Shown: in pieces, positions 21,990 through 32,877 of the stretch
Position numbering within the stretch: position 1 is the first letter of the stretch
Layout of the letters: each line of letters begins with the position of its first letter
From: Patescibacteria group bacterium
Lineage (GTDB): Bacteria > Patescibacteriota > CPR2 > UBA1875 > CAIMLA01
Reading direction: 5' to 3'
Length of the DNA: 64,000 nt
NCBI GenBank assembly: GCA_041738615.1
Contig: JBGSPL010000001.1
Coordinates: forward strand, 10,706 to 74,705
Program-made: the position numbers and the translations under genes
Notes under the pieces: model-generated
Told to the model about the DNA's origin: nothing
The model's input: only the letters and a program-made list of their open reading frames with translations
The model's database searches: none

Positions 21990-24476
21990 ATGAACAACCA
22001 ATTTGATAGATTCTCGGAAGATGCCAGACAGGCGATGATTCTCGCTCAAGAGTATGCGCAGTCTAGCGGTATTCGAGTAATCGATACTGCGTATATGTTG
22101 CTTGGATTTTCTAAAATCAAGGAGTCGGTAGCGGGCGAGATACTTGCAGAATTTGGGCTCAGTCCAGAAGTAGTTGAGAGTATAATCGTTCCAGGCAACA
22201 AGGTTGTCACGGGAGCAGAGGTGCAGACCGGCCTTTCCTATAGTGCACAGAAAACTTTAGAACTGGCCTTTACAATTGCCATGAAGTACGGGGACAACTT
22301 TATCGGTACCGAACATATCCTGATGGCCATGCTGGGCCAGGACAACTCGGAGGCCTACCTTCTAATGCGCAGAATCGGGCTGGAACCAGAAGCGATTCTG
22401 GCTCGAGTAAAAGAATATTTTGCCAGCGACAATACGGATTACTCGGACGAAATGGCAGATCTTATGGGCTACTCTCAGCCAAAGTCCAAAGAAGCTAACA
22501 AGAAAGAGTCAATCCTCGAGCAGTACAGCGTAAATCTGACACAGAAGGCAAAGAACGGGGAGCTAGATCCAGTGATCGGCCGCGAAAAAGAAATTTCTCG
22601 TCTGACCTCAATCCTGAATCGAAGAACGAAGAACAACCCGGTGCTTATTGGGGAGCCAGGAGTAGGGAAGACTGCGATAGTCGAAGGTCTAGCCCAAAGG
22701 ATTGCCGATGAAAGTGTCCCTGATTTACTCTCTGGCAAGCAAGTCCTGATTTTGGACCTACCGGGTGTGGTCGCGGGTACAAAGTTTCGCGGTGAGTTCG
22801 AGGATAGACTGATCAAGATTGTTGCAGAAGCAAAGAAGAACAAGGAAGCAATTCTCTTTATTGACGAGATCCACAATCTCGTTGGTGCTGGAGCCGCAGA
22901 GGGCGCAATAGATGCCGCGAATATTCTGAAACCAGCTCTTTCTAGAGGTGAGGTCCAGGTTATTGGTGCTACCACCCTGAATGAGTACAGGAAGTATATC
23001 GAGAAGGATTCGGCACTGGAGCGACGCTTCCAGCCCATTATCGTGCCCGAGACTACCGAGGAGGAAACATATCAAGTTCTCATGGGGCTACGTCCAAAGT
23101 ATGAGGATTTTCATCATGTGAAGATTACCGATGGAGCTATCGGTGCTGCGACGAAGCTCGCGAAAAGATATATTAGCGATAGATTTCTACCAGACAAGGC
23201 GATCGACCTCATTGATGAGGCGGCTTCTCTTATGAAGATCCAAAAGGGGAAGCTTCCCAGTACGATTGCAAAGCTAGAACGGGAAATTAAGTCGATTACT
23301 CAGAAAAAGGAAGAGGCAGCCATAGCGGAGGATTTCGCCAGGGCCGCAGAGCTCAAACAAAAAGAGGCGATTTTGGAAACTAAGCTGCGGAACACCAAGG
23401 AGAGAGAGGGGGTTTCCGAAGATAAGCGCCCAGTGATCACTGAAGATAATATTGCCGAGGTAATATCCATTTCTACGGGCATTCCGCTCACAAGGCTCGT
23501 CCAAAAAGAGTCAGAAAGTTTGTTGCGCCTAGAAGAGAGATTGCAAAAGCAGGTCATAGGGCAGGACGAGGCAGTAAAGATCATCGCCAGTGCTATCAGG
23601 AGAGCCCGTACTGGGGTTTCAGATGCAGGTAGACCCATCGGGTCATTTGTTTTCTTGGGTCCCACTGGTGTCGGTAAAACAGAGCTCGCTAGAGTTCTCG
23701 CCAAGGAAATGTTTGGTGATGTAGAAGCCTTGGTAAAAATTGATATGTCTGAGTTTATGGAGAAGCATAATGTTTCACGCCTGGTCGGAGCACCAGCGGG
23801 ATACGTAGGCTACGAGGAGAGCGGGCAACTGACCGAAAAGATCAGACGTAGACCATATTCTGTGATTTTGCTCGATGAGATAGAAAAGGCGCATCCAGAT
23901 GTTTTCAACCTTTTACTACAGATATTTGAGGACGGATACCTTACAGATGCCAAGGGTACTCGCGTTGATTTCCGCAATACCGTCATCATCATGACGAGTA
24001 ACATCGGTGCCCACTGGCTTGGTAAGGAGGCTAAGCTTGGCTTTACTGCTACTTCTGCTTCCGCCGCGAGACAATTAGAGGAAACCCATGAGAAGAATGT
24101 GGGGCTGATATTTGACGATATGAAAAAACACTTTAAACCGGAGTTTCTGAATAGGCTGGACAAGGTAGTGGTCTTTAGAACGCTTACCACGAAGAGCATT
24201 AAAAAAATTGTTAATCTTCAACTTGCGGAGCTTGCTGGGCGGCTGAAGCAAAAGAACATTACGGTTAATGTCGCCGAGAATGCCAAGAAATTTCTAGTGG
24301 AGAAGGGCTATGACGCAGAGAATGGGGCGCGACCTTTGGCTCGAGTGATTCAGAATCTGATAGAGGACCCGCTAGCAAACGGCTTACTTTCCGGCGAGTT
24401 TAGAGACGGAGACACAATCTCCATCCTGCGAGAAGGCAAGGAAATCAGGTTGTACGTGCTAGAAACGGTCCGTTAA
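21990..24476 (+). CDS. clpC: ATP-dependent Clp protease ATP-binding subunit ClpC-like
   Basis: Clp_N repeats and two AAA+ modules (GEPGVGKT, GPTGVGKT). GGAGG SD before the ATG at 21990. The ORF track's earlier TTG lacks an SD. Confidence 0.9.
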   Translation: MNNQFDRFSEDARQAMILAQEYAQSSGIRVIDTAYMLLGFSKIKESVAGEILAEFGLSPEVVESIIVPGNKVVTGAEVQTGLSYSAQKTLELAFTIAMKYGDNFIGTEHILMAMLGQDNSEAYLLMRRIGLEPEAILARVKEYFASDNTDYSDEMADLMGYSQPKSKEANKKESILEQYSVNLTQKAKNGELDPVIGREKEISRLTSILNRRTKNNPVLIGEPGVGKTAIVEGLAQRIADESVPDLLSGKQVLILDLPGVVAGTKFRGEFEDRLIKIVAEAKKNKEAILFIDEIHNLVGAGAAEGAIDAANILKPALSRGEVQVIGATTLNEYRKYIEKDSALERRFQPIIVPETTEEETYQVLMGLRPKYEDFHHVKITDGAIGAATKLAKRYISDRFLPDKAIDLIDEAASLMKIQKGKLPSTIAKLEREIKSITQKKEEAAIAEDFARAAELKQKEAILETKLRNTKEREGVSEDKRPVITEDNIAEVISISTGIPLTRLVQKESESLLRLEERLQKQVIGQDEAVKIIASAIRRARTGVSDAGRPIGSFVFLGPTGVGKTELARVLAKEMFGDVEALVKIDMSEFMEKHNVSRLVGAPAGYVGYEESGQLTEKIRRRPYSVILLDEIEKAHPDVFNLLLQIFEDGYLTDAKGTRVDFRNTVIIMTSNIGAHWLGKEAKLGFTATSASAARQLEETHEKNVGLIFDDMKKHFKPEFLNRLDKVVVFRTLTTKSIKKIVNLQLAELAGRLKQKNITVNVAENAKKFLVEKGYDAENGARPLARVIQNLIEDPLANGLLSGEFRDGDTISILREGKEIRLYVLETVR

Positions 24477-24526
24477 CTCTTGATTAATCCTATCTTTGGC
24501 CACAAAATGAAATAATAGGAGACCAG

Positions 24527-25474
24527 ATGGATTCAGTAATATTTATAATATTTGTTCTTGTCGCGATGGTCGCCAGTATTTTCTTGTTGCTTGAAGTTTT
24601 TTCGCGGCCACCGCTCAAGCATATCTTTTTTGGTCTAGTCTCTGTCATCCTCGGTCTGATTGTCGGCACGCTTCTAGCAGACCCACTTTCGAAATTGCCG
24701 TCTTTTTGGGGAGAATATTTGCCACTAGCAGTCAGTCTTGCTTTTGCGATTGCAGGACTTTTGCTCTACCGAAAGCTTGTCCCGACCATTGACCACTGGA
24801 TTGATTCTATTGTGGAGATGTTTGGTATTGGTGGTCTGGCCGCAGCTCTGGGTGTCGGACAGCACCGTTCACTAGCAAATGATGTGGTTGTTGATACATC
24901 CGCGATCATAGACGGCCGAGTCCTTTGCATCGCTAGACTTGGCTATTTGCCGCAAAAAGTCGTTGTGCCGCGATTCGTGCTTTCAGAAATACAGAATATC
25001 GCGGATTCGAAAGATTCCGATCGAAGAAACAAGGGCAAACGAGCACTCTTGGTAGTGGAGGAGCTCAAGGGGATCAAGGGCGTTCTCTTCAGAGTTGCAG
25101 ATGATGATTTTACTCAGATCCAAGAGGTAGATACAAAATTAGTTTTACTTACCAAAAAACTTCATGCGCAGCTTATGACAACTGATTACAATCTAAATAA
25201 GGTCGCAGCGGCCGAGAACATCAAAGTGTTAAACGTGAACGAACTCGCCCAACAATTACGAGCCCAGTTACTTCCTGGGGACGAGATTACGATACGTTTG
25301 GTTCATTTGGGTAAGGATAAATCCCAGGCCGTTGGGTATTTGCCCGACGGTACAATGGTAATTGTTGAGAACGCGGGTAATATGCTCGACAAGGAAGTTA
25401 CCGTGAAGATTGTTAGGGCAATCCAGACAGCTGCAGGAAAGATGTATTTCTCTAAACTAAGGAATAAAAAATGA
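24527..25474 (+). CDS. membrane-anchored PIN + TRAM domain protein (YacL-like)
   Basis: Two or three N-terminal TM helices, a PIN-like core (VVDTSAIIDGRV...), and a C-terminal TRAM-like beta domain. Confidence 0.65.
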   Translation: MDSVIFIIFVLVAMVASIFLLLEVFSRPPLKHIFFGLVSVILGLIVGTLLADPLSKLPSFWGEYLPLAVSLAFAIAGLLLYRKLVPTIDHWIDSIVEMFGIGGLAAALGVGQHRSLANDVVVDTSAIIDGRVLCIARLGYLPQKVVVPRFVLSEIQNIADSKDSDRRNKGKRALLVVEELKGIKGVLFRVADDDFTQIQEVDTKLVLLTKKLHAQLMTTDYNLNKVAAAENIKVLNVNELAQQLRAQLLPGDEITIRLVHLGKDKSQAVGYLPDGTMVIVENAGNMLDKEVTVKIVRAIQTAAGKMYFSKLRNKK

Positions 25475-26334
25475 TTCAGATACAAGAAAATGTAGCTCTA
25501 GCAAAATATACAACTCTGGGTGTCGGCGGCGATGCGGACTATCTTGCCGTTGTAGAGTCCCGCGACGAGGTTTTGGAAGCTCTGGATTACGGGTATCGAC
25601 AGAAAATCAAATCTGTTGTCTTGGGGGGTGGTAGTAACGTTTTGGTTTCCGATAAAGGTTTTGCAGGACTAGTGATAATTAATAAGGCTACACAGCATGC
25701 ACAGAAGGGCGAAATACTGTACGCAGAAAGTGGGGCTAGTCTTACCAAGGTTGCTAGTCAGACTCTCGATAATGGTTACTTAGGGTTTGAGTTTGGAATA
25801 GGGATCCCGGGTACCATTGGCGGTGCAGTGGCGGGGAATGTTGGCACAAAAATAGGGAATGTTTCGGATATTTTAGTTTCCGCGGAGGTGTGGCACGACG
25901 GCAAGATTGAGAACTTACCCGGGGATAGTTTTGATTTCGATTATCGGTATTCAAGCATCAAAGGCAAACCCGAATACGTTGTCTTGTCGGCAAAATTTCG
26001 GCTGCAAGAAGGCGATACCCATGCCGCCAAAGAGCAAGTGCGAACGGAAATCACGAGGAGAGCAGGCTCCTACAAGGGCAAAACTGCAGGTAGCTACTTT
26101 AAGAATCCAGAAGGAGACAAGAGCGCTGCCGAGCTCATTGACTCACTTGGTCTTAAGGGTTATAGAATCGGTGGAGCAGAAGTTAGTACCAATCATGCAA
26201 ACGTATTTCGCAATATAGAGAATGCAACGGCAAAGGATTTTTTCGAGCTTGAACATTATGTTGTTCGAAAGGTTCAAGATAAATTCGGCGTTCTATTGGT
26301 TCCGGAAGTTATAAAAATAGGGGACTTTAAATAA
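25471..26334 (+). CDS. murB: UDP-N-acetylenolpyruvoylglucosamine reductase MurB
   Basis: FAD-binding N-domain (LGGGSNVLVSD), MurB C-domain, ATGA overlap with the upstream gene. Confidence 0.85.
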   Translation: MIQIQENVALAKYTTLGVGGDADYLAVVESRDEVLEALDYGYRQKIKSVVLGGGSNVLVSDKGFAGLVIINKATQHAQKGEILYAESGASLTKVASQTLDNGYLGFEFGIGIPGTIGGAVAGNVGTKIGNVSDILVSAEVWHDGKIENLPGDSFDFDYRYSSIKGKPEYVVLSAKFRLQEGDTHAAKEQVRTEITRRAGSYKGKTAGSYFKNPEGDKSAAELIDSLGLKGYRIGGAEVSTNHANVFRNIENATAKDFFELEHYVVRKVQDKFGVLLVPEVIKIGDFK

Positions 26335-26642
26335 AACAAGGAGTCACCTTGGGCATGTGTTCGCGAAAACACATGGTTCCTCACTGACTCCGACACAGCT
26401 AGAGCCTATTTAGGGCAACTAGCGAAACGCATCTCTCCTTTGTTTGACCATCCGTACTCACTTGGGGTCCGTAACTCTCAATGTTTCTAACATTGGCTTT
26501 TTGTATTCACCAATGTTTTCCGCATCAAGTCGAGCTCGTGGCTCCAGCCTTGGCAAATAAGACCTCCAGTCAAACCGGGAGAAGTTTACCAACCATTTGA
26601 TTGGCAAGCCACTCACGGCAACTGAAAGTATTTTAACATAAA

Positions 26643-26681
26643 AAACAAAGTGGCGTCATGCATATTTGCGCCACTTTGTTT
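26643..26681. terminator. 13-bp-stem hairpin between convergent genes (candidate bidirectional terminator)
   Basis: AAACAAAGTGGCG-(13 nt)-CGCCACTTTGTTT, flanked by A-run and T-run. Confidence 0.55.
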
Positions 26682-26701
26682 CGCTTGCCTTGATCAAGGG
26701 C

Positions 26702-29374
26702 CTAGCTGACCGTTATCGTAATTGTAGCTGTGGTGGATTTACCATTACTGTCTGTGACCACTGCCTTCACCTTTTTACTGCCTGCGGTTACAGCTGTGAA
26801 TTTAGCCGTATAGGTAGATCCAGAAGGGGCAGCGTCTACAGTGGTGCCGTCAATTGTAACCTGGGCAGTCTTCACTGTTGCTTGCGTATCTATAGTGAGG
26901 ACTACATCTACCTTTGGACCCACTACTACCTGTCCTTCGGTCGGCGATTTGATTACAACAGTCGGCGCCACTGATACAACCTCACAGGTGTCTGTTGCAA
27001 TGGTACCAGGGTCGGTAGAGAAGCCGCTGGCAGCGGCCCAAGCTGCTATAGGAGCAAACCAACGGGAGTATGCCCCATCTGTTGATGGAATCTCCGCAGT
27101 CACAGCTCCGACAGTCCTAGTCTCGATATCGCCAGCAGCTGGTGGACAAGTATCGTTAATTCTCTTCCCAGTAAGTTTATTGATTTTAATCTCGGATGAG
27201 CCTCCAGAATATTCTGGAATTTTATACCAGGAAGGGAAGATGTCAGTAGCTGTTTTGCCGCCAGTACCAGACTTGCGTCCAGTGATAGCATCAATCGTAA
27301 CTGTCTTTATGCCACTTGGTCTACTGAATTGTTCTACTGTCGATCCGGCAAGAGCTTTGGTCATAAAGTCGTGCCAGATAGGAGCCGCTGCAAAGGCACC
27401 ACCACCAGAAGTCATCGGGGTGCCATCGTTATTACCGGACCAGACACCAGCCACAAGGCTTGGGGTATACCCCATAGTCCAGGCGTCTTTGTAGCTGTTT
27501 GTTGTACCGGTTTTGGCTGCTGCTGGCCTACCACTGAGGGATAGGGCACTTCCAGCCCCAAAAGTTCTGGCACGAGTGGCGTCGTCAGAAAGTACATTGT
27601 TCATGAGGTACGCGACTTGTGGGTCTAGCACTGTCTTCCCGGATTTTTGTTTGTACTCGTCAAGCACTTTCCCTCTGCTGTCCTCGATGCGGACAAACCA
27701 CGAAGGATCTTGTTTTACTCCGTTGTTTGCAAATACACCATAAGCATTTGTCATATCGAGGAGCTTTACCTCACCAGCCCCAAGCACTAGTGAAAGGCCG
27801 TACTGGCTAGGGTCGTTGAGAGTGGTGATGCCCATGGCGTGCGCTGTATCGATCGTCTCTTTCATGCCGCCGACATAAAGTGTCTTTACCGCCGGGATAT
27901 TCAATGAGTTTTGTAGTGCAGTCCTCATCGTTACCGGGCCCCAGAAACCACCGCTGTAATTCTGCGGGATGTAACCGCCTCCAAAGTCCGTCTGGACGTC
28001 GTATAGGATGCTTCCAGGTCCCCAATTTGCTCCCTTCCAAGCGGTGGCATAAGCAAATGGTTTGAATGAAGAGCCTGGTTGTCTATCGGATGTGGCGATG
28101 TTTACTTGCCCGTCAATCTCTTGGTTGAAGTAGTCTCTGCTCCCGACCATGGCCAGAATCTGTCCAGTCTTTGGGTCCATAGCAACGAGCCCTGCATTGG
28201 TAGCCCCGTAATTGCGTTTGTTTTTGTCGACGTTGATAGCTATCGCTTCCTCGGCTGCTTTCTGTTTCTCTATGTCGAGACTGGTGTAGACCTTGAGCCC
28301 GCCGGTATTGACGACGTTTTCACCGTATTTTGCAACGAGCTGTTCTTTTACATACATTACAAAGTGAGGTGCCTCGATCGAGCCGTATGGGTTATTCGAG
28401 AAGTTTAGTTTCTCAGCCTTGGCGGCTTTACCTTCATCTTTGGTAATGTATTTTTGCTCAACCATCAGGTCGATAATTAGATCTTTCCTAGCCATCAATG
28501 CATCTAGGTGTGTGCCAAAAGGAGAGTAGTAGGTAGGCGCATTTGGGAGCGCAGCAAGGGTCGCACTTTCTGCGATAGTTAGATCCTTCATGTCCTTGTT
28601 GAAGAAAGTTTTGGAAGCCACCTTGATACCGTATGCATTGGAGCCATAAGGAATTTCATTAAGATACATTTTGAGGATGTCGTCTTTCTTGTACATCTGC
28701 TCGATTTCCATCGAGAGAATTAGCTCCTTGATCTTACGGGTAAAGGAGTACTCGTTGGTGAGAATCGCGTTCTTTACGAACTGTTGTGTGATGGTAGACC
28801 CACCACCACTGCCAGACTTGTGAGTAAGCACACCGGTAAAGGCACGACCGATTCCAAAGATGTCGAAGCCGCCGTGTTTGTAAAAATTCTTATCCTCTAT
28901 GGAGAGGGTAGCGTTCTTTACGGACTTTGGAATCTCATCCCAGCTGGCAAGAATTCTGTTCTGGTCACCATGAATTTCGAAAAGTAGCTTGCCGTTGCGG
29001 TCAAATATCTGGGTCGATTGAGCCGACATTTTGGCATTTATTTTGTCAGGACTTGGTAGGTCCTTGGAGAACCAGAGGAACATTGCACAGAGAAGCGCAA
29101 AACCGATAAGGGCTGCAAAGCCAACCTTCTTCAGCCCTTCACGGGTAGTAAAAAGGTATTTTATATAGTTTTTTACTTTTTTAAAATCAAAATTCTTAAA
29201 AACCCCAGCTAGGCTCATATGTTTCGGAGTAGACCCACCTCTCGTTGGTCTGTTCTTTGTCCCTTGAGGCTTCGAGAAAGTATTTGCTACTGCCTTTCTT
29301 GCGCTGCGCGCTTTCTTGGGCATAATGTTGTACTTTTGGCTTGAGAATCTAGAACTTCGTTTGCCGAATGGCAT
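26702..29374 (-). CDS. class A penicillin-binding protein (glycosyltransferase + transpeptidase) with a C-terminal Ig-like extension
   Basis: GT51 motif EDKNFYKHGG. TP motifs SSFKP, SLN, KTGTT. AAGGAG SD 7 nt before the ATG. The last ~150 aa are Thr/Val-rich beta-strand repeats. Confidence 0.9.
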   Translation of the reverse strand: MPFGKRSSRFSSQKYNIMPKKARSARKAVANTFSKPQGTKNRPTRGGSTPKHMSLAGVFKNFDFKKVKNYIKYLFTTREGLKKVGFAALIGFALLCAMFLWFSKDLPSPDKINAKMSAQSTQIFDRNGKLLFEIHGDQNRILASWDEIPKSVKNATLSIEDKNFYKHGGFDIFGIGRAFTGVLTHKSGSGGGSTITQQFVKNAILTNEYSFTRKIKELILSMEIEQMYKKDDILKMYLNEIPYGSNAYGIKVASKTFFNKDMKDLTIAESATLAALPNAPTYYSPFGTHLDALMARKDLIIDLMVEQKYITKDEGKAAKAEKLNFSNNPYGSIEAPHFVMYVKEQLVAKYGENVVNTGGLKVYTSLDIEKQKAAEEAIAINVDKNKRNYGATNAGLVAMDPKTGQILAMVGSRDYFNQEIDGQVNIATSDRQPGSSFKPFAYATAWKGANWGPGSILYDVQTDFGGGYIPQNYSGGFWGPVTMRTALQNSLNIPAVKTLYVGGMKETIDTAHAMGITTLNDPSQYGLSLVLGAGEVKLLDMTNAYGVFANNGVKQDPSWFVRIEDSRGKVLDEYKQKSGKTVLDPQVAYLMNNVLSDDATRARTFGAGSALSLSGRPAAAKTGTTNSYKDAWTMGYTPSLVAGVWSGNNDGTPMTSGGGAFAAAPIWHDFMTKALAGSTVEQFSRPSGIKTVTIDAITGRKSGTGGKTATDIFPSWYKIPEYSGGSSEIKINKLTGKRINDTCPPAAGDIETRTVGAVTAEIPSTDGAYSRWFAPIAAWAAASGFSTDPGTIATDTCEVVSVAPTVVIKSPTEGQVVVGPKVDVVLTIDTQATVKTAQVTIDGTTVDAAPSGSTYTAKFTAVTAGSKKVKAVVTDSNGKSTTATITITVS

Positions 29375-29528
29375 ATTATGGCTCCTTGCCGAGTCGGTAT
29401 TCGCCGACTGATCGGCTTAATCTTTGATTTTATCTATAAAAAGTGTGTATAATTACTGCGTGAAGCTACCTAAGTAGGCTGAACAAATTATACTTAATTT
29501 ACGAACAAACTGTCAAGGAAGGTATAGG

Positions 29529-30713
29529 ATGAAAGAATTCGAAGAACTACTTACCCGTGGGGTTGGGGAAGTCTTTGTAAAAGCCGAGCTCGAAAAGGCT
29601 CTCAAGCTTGGGAAGCCGTTACGCATTTATTATGGAGTAGATCCTTCTGGTCCGATGATCCATCTCGGGCACGCAGTACATCTACGCAAGCTTGCACTCT
29701 TACAGAAGCTTGGGCACAAAATCATTTTTCTTATCGGCGATTTTACGGGGATGATTGGGGACCCAACCGACAGGAATGCAGTTCGGCAGCCACTCACGCG
29801 CGAACAGGTACTCGAGAATGCCGCTACCTACCAAAGACAAGTGGAGAAGTTTCTTGATTTCGGTGGCAAGAATCCAGTGGAGGTCCGATTCAATAGCGAG
29901 TGGAATGACGCCCTGGGATTCAAGGACCTTATCCAGCTTTCTAGCGGCTTTACAGTGCAGCAGCTTTTAGAGCGCGACATGTTTCAAAATAGACTTAAGG
30001 AGCAGAAACCCATCGGCCTTCATGAGTTTCTCTACCCTGTAGTTCAGGGCTATGACGCCGTGATGCTCGATGCGGATGTTCAGATAGGCGGAACCGATCA
30101 GACTTTCAACATGCTTCAGGGGAGGCAGCTGATGCGTTCGATGAGAAACAAGCTCCAGATGGTGATGACTCTTACTTTGCTCGAAGGAACCGATGGACGC
30201 AAAATGAGTAAAAGCTTCAATAATGTCATCGCCGTAGAGGATGCACCAAACGAGATGTTCGGTAAGGTAATGTCTCTTAAAGACGAGCTAATCATCCAGT
30301 ACTTCACGCTTACAACCGACGTTGTACTCTCAGAGGTGAAGAAAATCGAGAAGCAGCTTGCCGAGGGAATGAACCCAAGAGATGCCAAGGTAAAGCTTGG
30401 GAAAGAGATTGTGAAGCTATACCACAGTGAAAAGGAGGCCGAGGAGGCTTACCTAGCTTTTCAACAGGTTTTTGTAAAAAATGAGCTCCCTGACGAGATG
30501 GAAGAAGTAGAGGTTCTGGATAAGAATTGGCCACTTGCTGAGCTCCTTCATCACGCGGATCTCGTGTCCTCGAAGACCGAGGGACGCAGAATGATAGAGC
30601 AGGGCGGTGTACGTGTCGACGGCGCCGTCATTGGTGATCGTGAAGCAACGGTACGACCAAAGTCGGGTACGGTATTTCAGGTTGGTAAGCGAAAGTTCAT
30701 AAAGATAAAATAA
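29529..30713 (+). CDS. tyrS: tyrosine--tRNA ligase
   Basis: HLGH and KMSKS motifs, C-terminal S4-like domain. Confidence 0.95.
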   Translation: MKEFEELLTRGVGEVFVKAELEKALKLGKPLRIYYGVDPSGPMIHLGHAVHLRKLALLQKLGHKIIFLIGDFTGMIGDPTDRNAVRQPLTREQVLENAATYQRQVEKFLDFGGKNPVEVRFNSEWNDALGFKDLIQLSSGFTVQQLLERDMFQNRLKEQKPIGLHEFLYPVVQGYDAVMLDADVQIGGTDQTFNMLQGRQLMRSMRNKLQMVMTLTLLEGTDGRKMSKSFNNVIAVEDAPNEMFGKVMSLKDELIIQYFTLTTDVVLSEVKKIEKQLAEGMNPRDAKVKLGKEIVKLYHSEKEAEEAYLAFQQVFVKNELPDEMEEVEVLDKNWPLAELLHHADLVSSKTEGRRMIEQGGVRVDGAVIGDREATVRPKSGTVFQVGKRKFIKIK

Positions 30714-32876
30714 ATGGATCTAAAGACGCCAATAGTTGAAGTAGCTGGTATCGGCGAGGGTCATGCGAAGCTCCTCGCTGCTCTTGGCATAGAAACTATC
30801 GAGGATTTGCTTTGGCATTTGCCTCGTCGTTGGGATGACTACTCCAACGTACTGCCGATAAACCAAATCAAGCCAGGTGTAGCGGTGAGTGTTCGTGGTA
30901 AGGTAGCGCAAATAGAGAATCGACGAATTCGGGGTGGCAAATACCTTACCCAAGCCTTGATTTCTGACGGCACTGGTCTGCTAAAAGCGGTTTGGTTCAA
31001 TCAGCCGTTCTTGACGAAAAATATTCACGTGGACGACGACATCTTTCTTGCAGGAGTCGTAGAGTTTAGTTTTGGCAGTATCCAGATGCAAAGCCCAAGC
31101 TACGAGAAGATGAGCGCTGAAGATGGCGAGACAATCCACGTGGGCCGCATCGTACCCGTATATCCAGAGACCGCAGGAGTTACTAGTAAGTGGCTGCGCA
31201 ATAAGATTCAGCCACTGATGAAATATATGTATAGCATCAAGGATTATCTCCCCGAAAGCGTAAAGACCGAGGAGAAGCTTATTGACCTGCCAGCAGCAGT
31301 ACGACAAATGCATTTTCCGGAAAACGAGGAGCAGCTTGCAAAAGCCCGGGAACGCATCGATTTTGATGAGATGTTTCTTTTACAGGCGGCAGTACTCGGC
31401 AGCAAAAAGAACCTCAAAAAAGAGCGCGCAATTGCAGTACCTTTTGATGAAGAATTGATCAAAAAATTTGTTCAAAATTTGGGATTCGAGCTCACGGTGG
31501 CACAAAAGAAATCGGCTTGGGATATCCTTCGCGATGTTGCTAAGGGGGAGCCCATGAATAGGCTGCTCCAGGGAGATGTCGGGAGTGGTAAGACAGTGGT
31601 GGCGGCCATGGCGATGCTCGATGTCGCAGCGTCTGGTTCTCAGGCAGCTTTACTTTGCCCCACTGAGATACTAGCGAAACAGCACTATGCCAAGATCTCC
31701 GAAATGTTAAAGCCCTTCGAGATGGAATGTGTGCTCCTTACTGGTAGTACTCCCAAAGAGGAGCGAATCGAGATTCTTACCAAGATTCGAGATGGGGAAG
31801 TGAAGGTCATCATCGGTACCCATGCGATATTGGAAAAGAAAGTCGAATTTTGGCGACTTGCACTGGCTATAGTGGACGAACAGCATCGATTTGGTGTGGC
31901 ACAACGGGCTGCCCTCAAGAAGGAGAACGCGAATAGTAGCACCATTCCTCACTTTCTAGCAATGACAGCAACACCAATTCCTCGCACACTTTCACTTACT
32001 GTTTATGGAGACCTAGACGTTTCTATTATTTACGAATTACCCCCTGGGAGACAGAGGGTGCTCACTAGACTGGTCCCAGAGGCGAAGCGAAATGATAGCT
32101 ACGAGTTTATTCGCAAAGAAGTAGAGTCTGGTAGGCAAGTTTATGTTGTGTGCCCGCTAGTGCAGGAGAAGGAAACCCTAGAGGTTAACAATTTGCCTTC
32201 AGATGAGGCAGAGGTTGAGAAAGAAGGTGGCCTCATGCTTTTTGGGAAAGACGAAGCCCCGGCCGTTTCTGGAGCAGAATTATCAGAAAAAGAACGCAAA
32301 TCAGTGATGAATGAGTATGAGAAGCTCTCTCGAAATGTTTTTCCACAAATGAAAGTTGATTACATTCATGGTCAGCTGAAAACAGCAGAGAAAGAGTTGG
32401 CAATGAGCCGTTTTATATCGGGCGAAACGAAAATCCTTGTCTCTTCTTCGGTTATTGAGGTGGGAGTTGACGTTCCAAATGCCACTATTATTGTTATTGA
32501 GGATGCCGAACGCTTCGGTCTTTCCCAGCTACATCAGTTTCGGGGACGGGTAGGTCGCGGTGCGCATCAGTCGTACTGCCTCCTTTTCACGAAGTCCAAG
32601 AGTGACATAGCTCAGCGAAGATTGGAGGCACTAGTGCACACCGATAATGGTTTCAAGCTAGCAGATACTGATCTTGAGATGCGCGGTCCCGGGGATTTCA
32701 TTGGCGGTAGACAACATGGGTTACCCGACATTAGTATGAGAAACCTGATGAATACGGAGCTGATTAGTCGATGTCGCGAAGCGGCAAAGAGATTTTATAC
32801 TCATGCAGATCTATCCGAATACCCATTACTTGCGGCAAGATCAGCTAAGTATACCAGTGTATTAACCCTGGAGTAG
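30714..32876 (+). CDS. recG: ATP-dependent DNA helicase RecG
   Basis: Wedge domain plus helicase motifs (GDVGSGKT, DEQHRFG). Confidence 0.9.
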   Translation: MDLKTPIVEVAGIGEGHAKLLAALGIETIEDLLWHLPRRWDDYSNVLPINQIKPGVAVSVRGKVAQIENRRIRGGKYLTQALISDGTGLLKAVWFNQPFLTKNIHVDDDIFLAGVVEFSFGSIQMQSPSYEKMSAEDGETIHVGRIVPVYPETAGVTSKWLRNKIQPLMKYMYSIKDYLPESVKTEEKLIDLPAAVRQMHFPENEEQLAKARERIDFDEMFLLQAAVLGSKKNLKKERAIAVPFDEELIKKFVQNLGFELTVAQKKSAWDILRDVAKGEPMNRLLQGDVGSGKTVVAAMAMLDVAASGSQAALLCPTEILAKQHYAKISEMLKPFEMECVLLTGSTPKEERIEILTKIRDGEVKVIIGTHAILEKKVEFWRLALAIVDEQHRFGVAQRAALKKENANSSTIPHFLAMTATPIPRTLSLTVYGDLDVSIIYELPPGRQRVLTRLVPEAKRNDSYEFIRKEVESGRQVYVVCPLVQEKETLEVNNLPSDEAEVEKEGGLMLFGKDEAPAVSGAELSEKERKSVMNEYEKLSRNVFPQMKVDYIHGQLKTAEKELAMSRFISGETKILVSSSVIEVGVDVPNATIIVIEDAERFGLSQLHQFRGRVGRGAHQSYCLLFTKSKSDIAQRRLEALVHTDNGFKLADTDLEMRGPGDFIGGRQHGLPDISMRNLMNTELISRCREAAKRFYTHADLSEYPLLAARSAKYTSVLTLE

Positions 32877-32877
32877 T

